Origin: Massalongia carnosa
Taxonomy: Eukaryota
Reading direction: 5' to 3'
Assembly (NCBI GenBank): GCA_965645245.1
Contig: OZ287069.1
Span: 2,108,001 to 2,172,000 of the forward strand
Length of the DNA: 64,000 nt
How positions within the stretch are numbered: position 1 is the stretch's first letter; each line of letters starts with the position of its first letter. Shown piece after piece: positions 60,680 through 64,000 of the stretch. Made by a program: the position numbers and the translations under genes. The notes beneath the pieces were generated by a model that saw only the letters and a program-made list of their open reading frames with translations, searched no databases and was not told where the DNA came from.

Positions 60680-62550
60680 ATCGTCGGCTCGCTTACCTCC
60701 GGGATCCGACTTGAAAAAATGTCGACCGCATTTTAGTCGGGGAAAGCGGTTGCATCCCGGAAAGCGGTTGCATCCCCTCAAATTCAAATTTCTTCATCTT
60801 TTTGATCATTGACCAACAACCACATTGATTAAAAATCAGTCGCTACCGTACATAGCTTGAAAATCATCGCCGTCATCATCACCGTCGTCAAAATCATTTC
60901 CCTTGACCCCCCTGACCCCCTGACCCTCGTGATTCTCCGCTTACTCCGCATACCCCGCATACCCCGCATACCCCGCATTCTACCAATTATTCGCATCTCC
61001 TGGTTGAAAAGATGCTTCTAAATCGAATTCTTTCAATAATTCTTCCAAATCGAAAGATACGAAATCATCTCGTAGCCATGTTTCTCCTTCTAGAAGATCT
61101 GGAAGGATTGAATTATCTCCATGACCAGTGCTATCTACGATAAACGTGACATCTTCCTCATTGACATTGACACGCGGATTCTTTCTAATTTCCTTCTTCG
61201 CTTCCTCAGCTATCCATACCTCATTCGTGGCCTTCCATAATGCCTCGGGGTCAGGAATCTTCTCATACATCTCAATTGGAATGGGACCGAGCATTTTCTG
61301 CATTTCTTTCAGCTGTTTGACTCGATCTCTTTCTGTTTTTCGAGCAGCCAATCCCTTGACATGCATTTCGTCTCTTTCTATTCGCCATAGCTTCATGAAG
61401 CTATTATTCGCTCGTTTCTCCTCAGCCTCTTGATCCTGTTGTAGTCTGATGGCTATAGCCTGCTTTGCATCTTCCGCTGTGATTCCCAATCTTCCGGTTT
61501 CTGGTCTCAGACGTTTACGAGACATTCGTCTGTTATTTAACTGACTTCTTCTTGATTCTCGATGCATTTCCAGCTCCATGCCATCGATAAATCGTATTCG
61601 AAACAACTTCATTTGTATTGTCTACAAATGAGTCCCATTCCTCAGCCCGAGCGGGATCACTCCATTGCATGGATTTTCTGATTTTCGGTCCCCATTGACT
61701 CAAACCATACTCAATGTCAGCTACTTTTGTCGGTTGGATTTGACGAGGTGGGGGTAGAGGTAATGAGGGCTCATTATTCGTATTCAGACTGTTTAATGAA
61801 TCATTGGGATCATTGGGCTTGAAATTTTTCATCACATCTGATTCTTGGGCAGCTTTATAACGAATCATTGCTAGTGGTTTTGTCTTTATTTTATGAAGTT
61901 TGTTATATTTCCACCAGCTCCGAAACTATCTTCTTGACGGGCCTACCTCGAGGGGGTTATAGGCCTTTTTCAGACTTACAATAGCCTTGAAAACCATCTG
62001 ATGTGTAGGAAGAATTCCATGAATCAATAAGAACTTAATAAAGCCAGTAATTGACCTTGCCTCATGCTCCCTCGTATCTGATTTTGTCCTCCAATTTTCC
62101 TCCCTTCTGGTCGACGAATGGAAGACGTCAAAGTTTTGACGTTGATATTGTAGATTCTAGCTGCAGTCGTTTTACTTTCTTTGGGATGATTTGTCAGAAA
62201 TTCCTTCGCCTTTTTCAATCTTTCCATAGGGTTGAGAGTGGAGACAAGGGAGGCGTCGTTATCCATGATTCGAAAGGGGAGATTGGTTCGGGGGATTGAT
62301 TCGAAAGGAAAGGATTTGAATTGATAATCAGTTGGGTCGGAGAAATGATTTTCAAGCTATGTACGGTATCGGCTGATTTTTAATCAATGTGCTTGTTGGT
62401 CAATGATCAAAAAGATGAAGAAATTTGAATTTGGGGGGATGCAACCGCTTTCCGGGATGCAACCGCTTTCCGGGATGCAACCGCTTTCCCCGACTAAAAT
62501 GCGGTCGACATTTTTTCAAGTCGGATCCCGGAGGTAAGCGAGCCGACGAT
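60680..62550 (-). mobile_element. Non-autonomous pogo/Fot1-like element with long TIRs (1871 bp)
   Basis: TIRs at 60680-60867 (188 bp) and 62345-62550 (206 bp, one extra 18-bp GGGATGCAACCGCTTTCC unit). TA flanks both sides (60678-79 and 62551-52). Confidence 0.92.
60980..62266 (-). pseudogene. Internally deleted, frameshifted transposase remnant
   Basis: HTH-psq-like start (AARIYNINVKTL..GGQNQI), then a frameshift near 62070 and a CENP-B-like stretch with an in-frame TAG at 61926-28 (SRR*FRSWW..IKTKPL). It then jumps to a charged C-terminal region with no DDD core; a further frameshift lies near 61600. Confidence 0.75.
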
Positions 62551-62717
62551 TATTGTTTTGTTTGTTAATTTTCTTTTAATTTCCCAGATCATGTCTTGAA
62601 GAAAAAATTCTCCTTGCTTTCTCATCCTTCCATCTCTCGCATCCTCTTCCCTCTTCACAACCTCTTCTATCTTCCATCTCTTTCATCATTTGTTTCTATC
62701 TTTACACTCAATCAACA

Positions 62718-64000
62718 ATGGCTCCTCCCAATATTCATAAGCGAAAAGCAGTAAGATCTATTCCGACCAGGTCATATCGTAATTGCCTACCGCATCAAAA
62801 ACATCTGGCTCTCACCTGCTTGATTTCTACACTGGCAATTTGCGCCCATGCATGTCCCTGTCTCTTAGTCCGTACAGACTATGCTTCTATGATATGATAT
62901 AAATAATATTACATGTGGCCGGTGCAGATGCCAAGCAGGTGGTGTTTCTGATGCGGTAGCAAATCATAACATGACCTAACGGTTTGTTCAGCCATTATCA
63001 TATATTGATCTTTGAATATTTAGACTCATGCTGGCTTGAACAATCTAGAGCTTTCAAATACGGCACCTTCAATGCGAAATGGAGACCCTTCGGCTTTTTT
63101 GGAGACCGGTACATCCGCATGGGGACCTAGCCCTGGCAAGAATCATTTCCATGTTGATATAAGTAATTTACCATTCTAATTAAATTGTTAAAGGCACTTC
63201 TCTGGGTAATGCACCGTCATCGTCGTCTTCAAATAACCCGCATCCTCGATCAGCAACCGATTCTACGCGATTACCGCTTGCTACGCAAGGTCCTGTATTT
63301 ACATCAGAGCAAGCCGCTATCTTTCGATCGATTCAACGGGAAGATCCTTTGGATCACGACCTCGTCGAAACTTTTATCAAGGTATGGCATGAACTTGTTT
63401 TCTCTCTTAATATGTATGTAATCGCACCACGTTCAATGTCTCATGTTTTATTTAGAACATGCTTTTTAATGATACATATTAGAGTTCCACGGGGTACCAA
63501 CTAGCATCTATATACAAGCTTCAGTTGCAAAATAGGAAGGAGATCACACGGATTAAAAAGGAAGCCAAATCTACAAAATATGCCACAGAGCTACGGGCGG
63601 TTTGTGTAATCTTTCAGCACAATACTTGTGGCTCATATTTGCAGATAATCAGACCCATAATACGCCGACGCTTAACTTTGGAACGATACAAAGAAAGCAC
63701 ATGGAGCGATCCCAAGCAAGTATTAGTACGTTATCGTTAGGCTCGTTTCGTATTCCATAGCTAATACTATCGTTAAGACCTCATTGCGAGGTCATTTTCC
63801 TTCCGACCTAATACTTCCAGACAATGCTGTCGCTTTAGTGGGGAAAGTCCGCATAGAGGAAAAGGCTAAACTAAAAGAACGACTCCTCAAGTGTCAAGAT
63901 GTTGTCGATAAACCTCTTGCGGATTTTGCCGAATGCCTAAGGTCAGAAGTGGACTCGGAGACCAAACATGTGGACAATGATATGTCTTTGTGGGAAGCAG
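62718..64000 (+). CDS. Partial multi-exon hypothetical gene running off the window
   Basis: A CT-rich tract at ~62610-62705 precedes ATG 62718. Downstream segments splice in frame: ~63193-63381 (..VFTSEQAAIFRSIQREDPLDHDLVETFIK), ~63483-63599, ~63645-63719 and ~63778-64000 (open to the end). The earliest exons are uncertain. Confidence 0.5.

Overview
Eukaryotic DNA from a filamentous ascomycete (Pezizomycotina-type): short GT-AG introns with CTRAY branch points and fungal orthologues. No rRNA, tRNA or CRISPR was recognised. About 1-49 kb is gene-dense core genome. It holds MED7, a PAP2/DPP1-type lipid phosphatase, a head-to-head pair of uncharacterised 7-TM paralogues, a ~1380-aa coiled-coil protein, a Myb-like-tail protein, RRD1/PTPA, ExgD, ATG12, panB, UBC8, a SNF2 ATPase, DBF4/nimO, a YANK-like AGC kinase and a full phytochrome (FphA). 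An intact Fot1/pogo-type transposon sits in one divergent promoter. About 49-64 kb looks accessory: orphan genes, an intact hAT transposon, a candidate secreted Cys-rich protein, and a probable CACTA-type terminus with a palindromic repeat array. A long-TIR, internally deleted pogo-like element lies just after that array and is followed by a multi-exon gene running off the window. The best leads are (i) the divergent intronless 7-TM receptor-like pair, (ii) a UBC8 model that needs a 1-nt exon and (iii) the CACTA-like/nested element. All exon models were built by hand from splice signals and frame logic; no database search was run.
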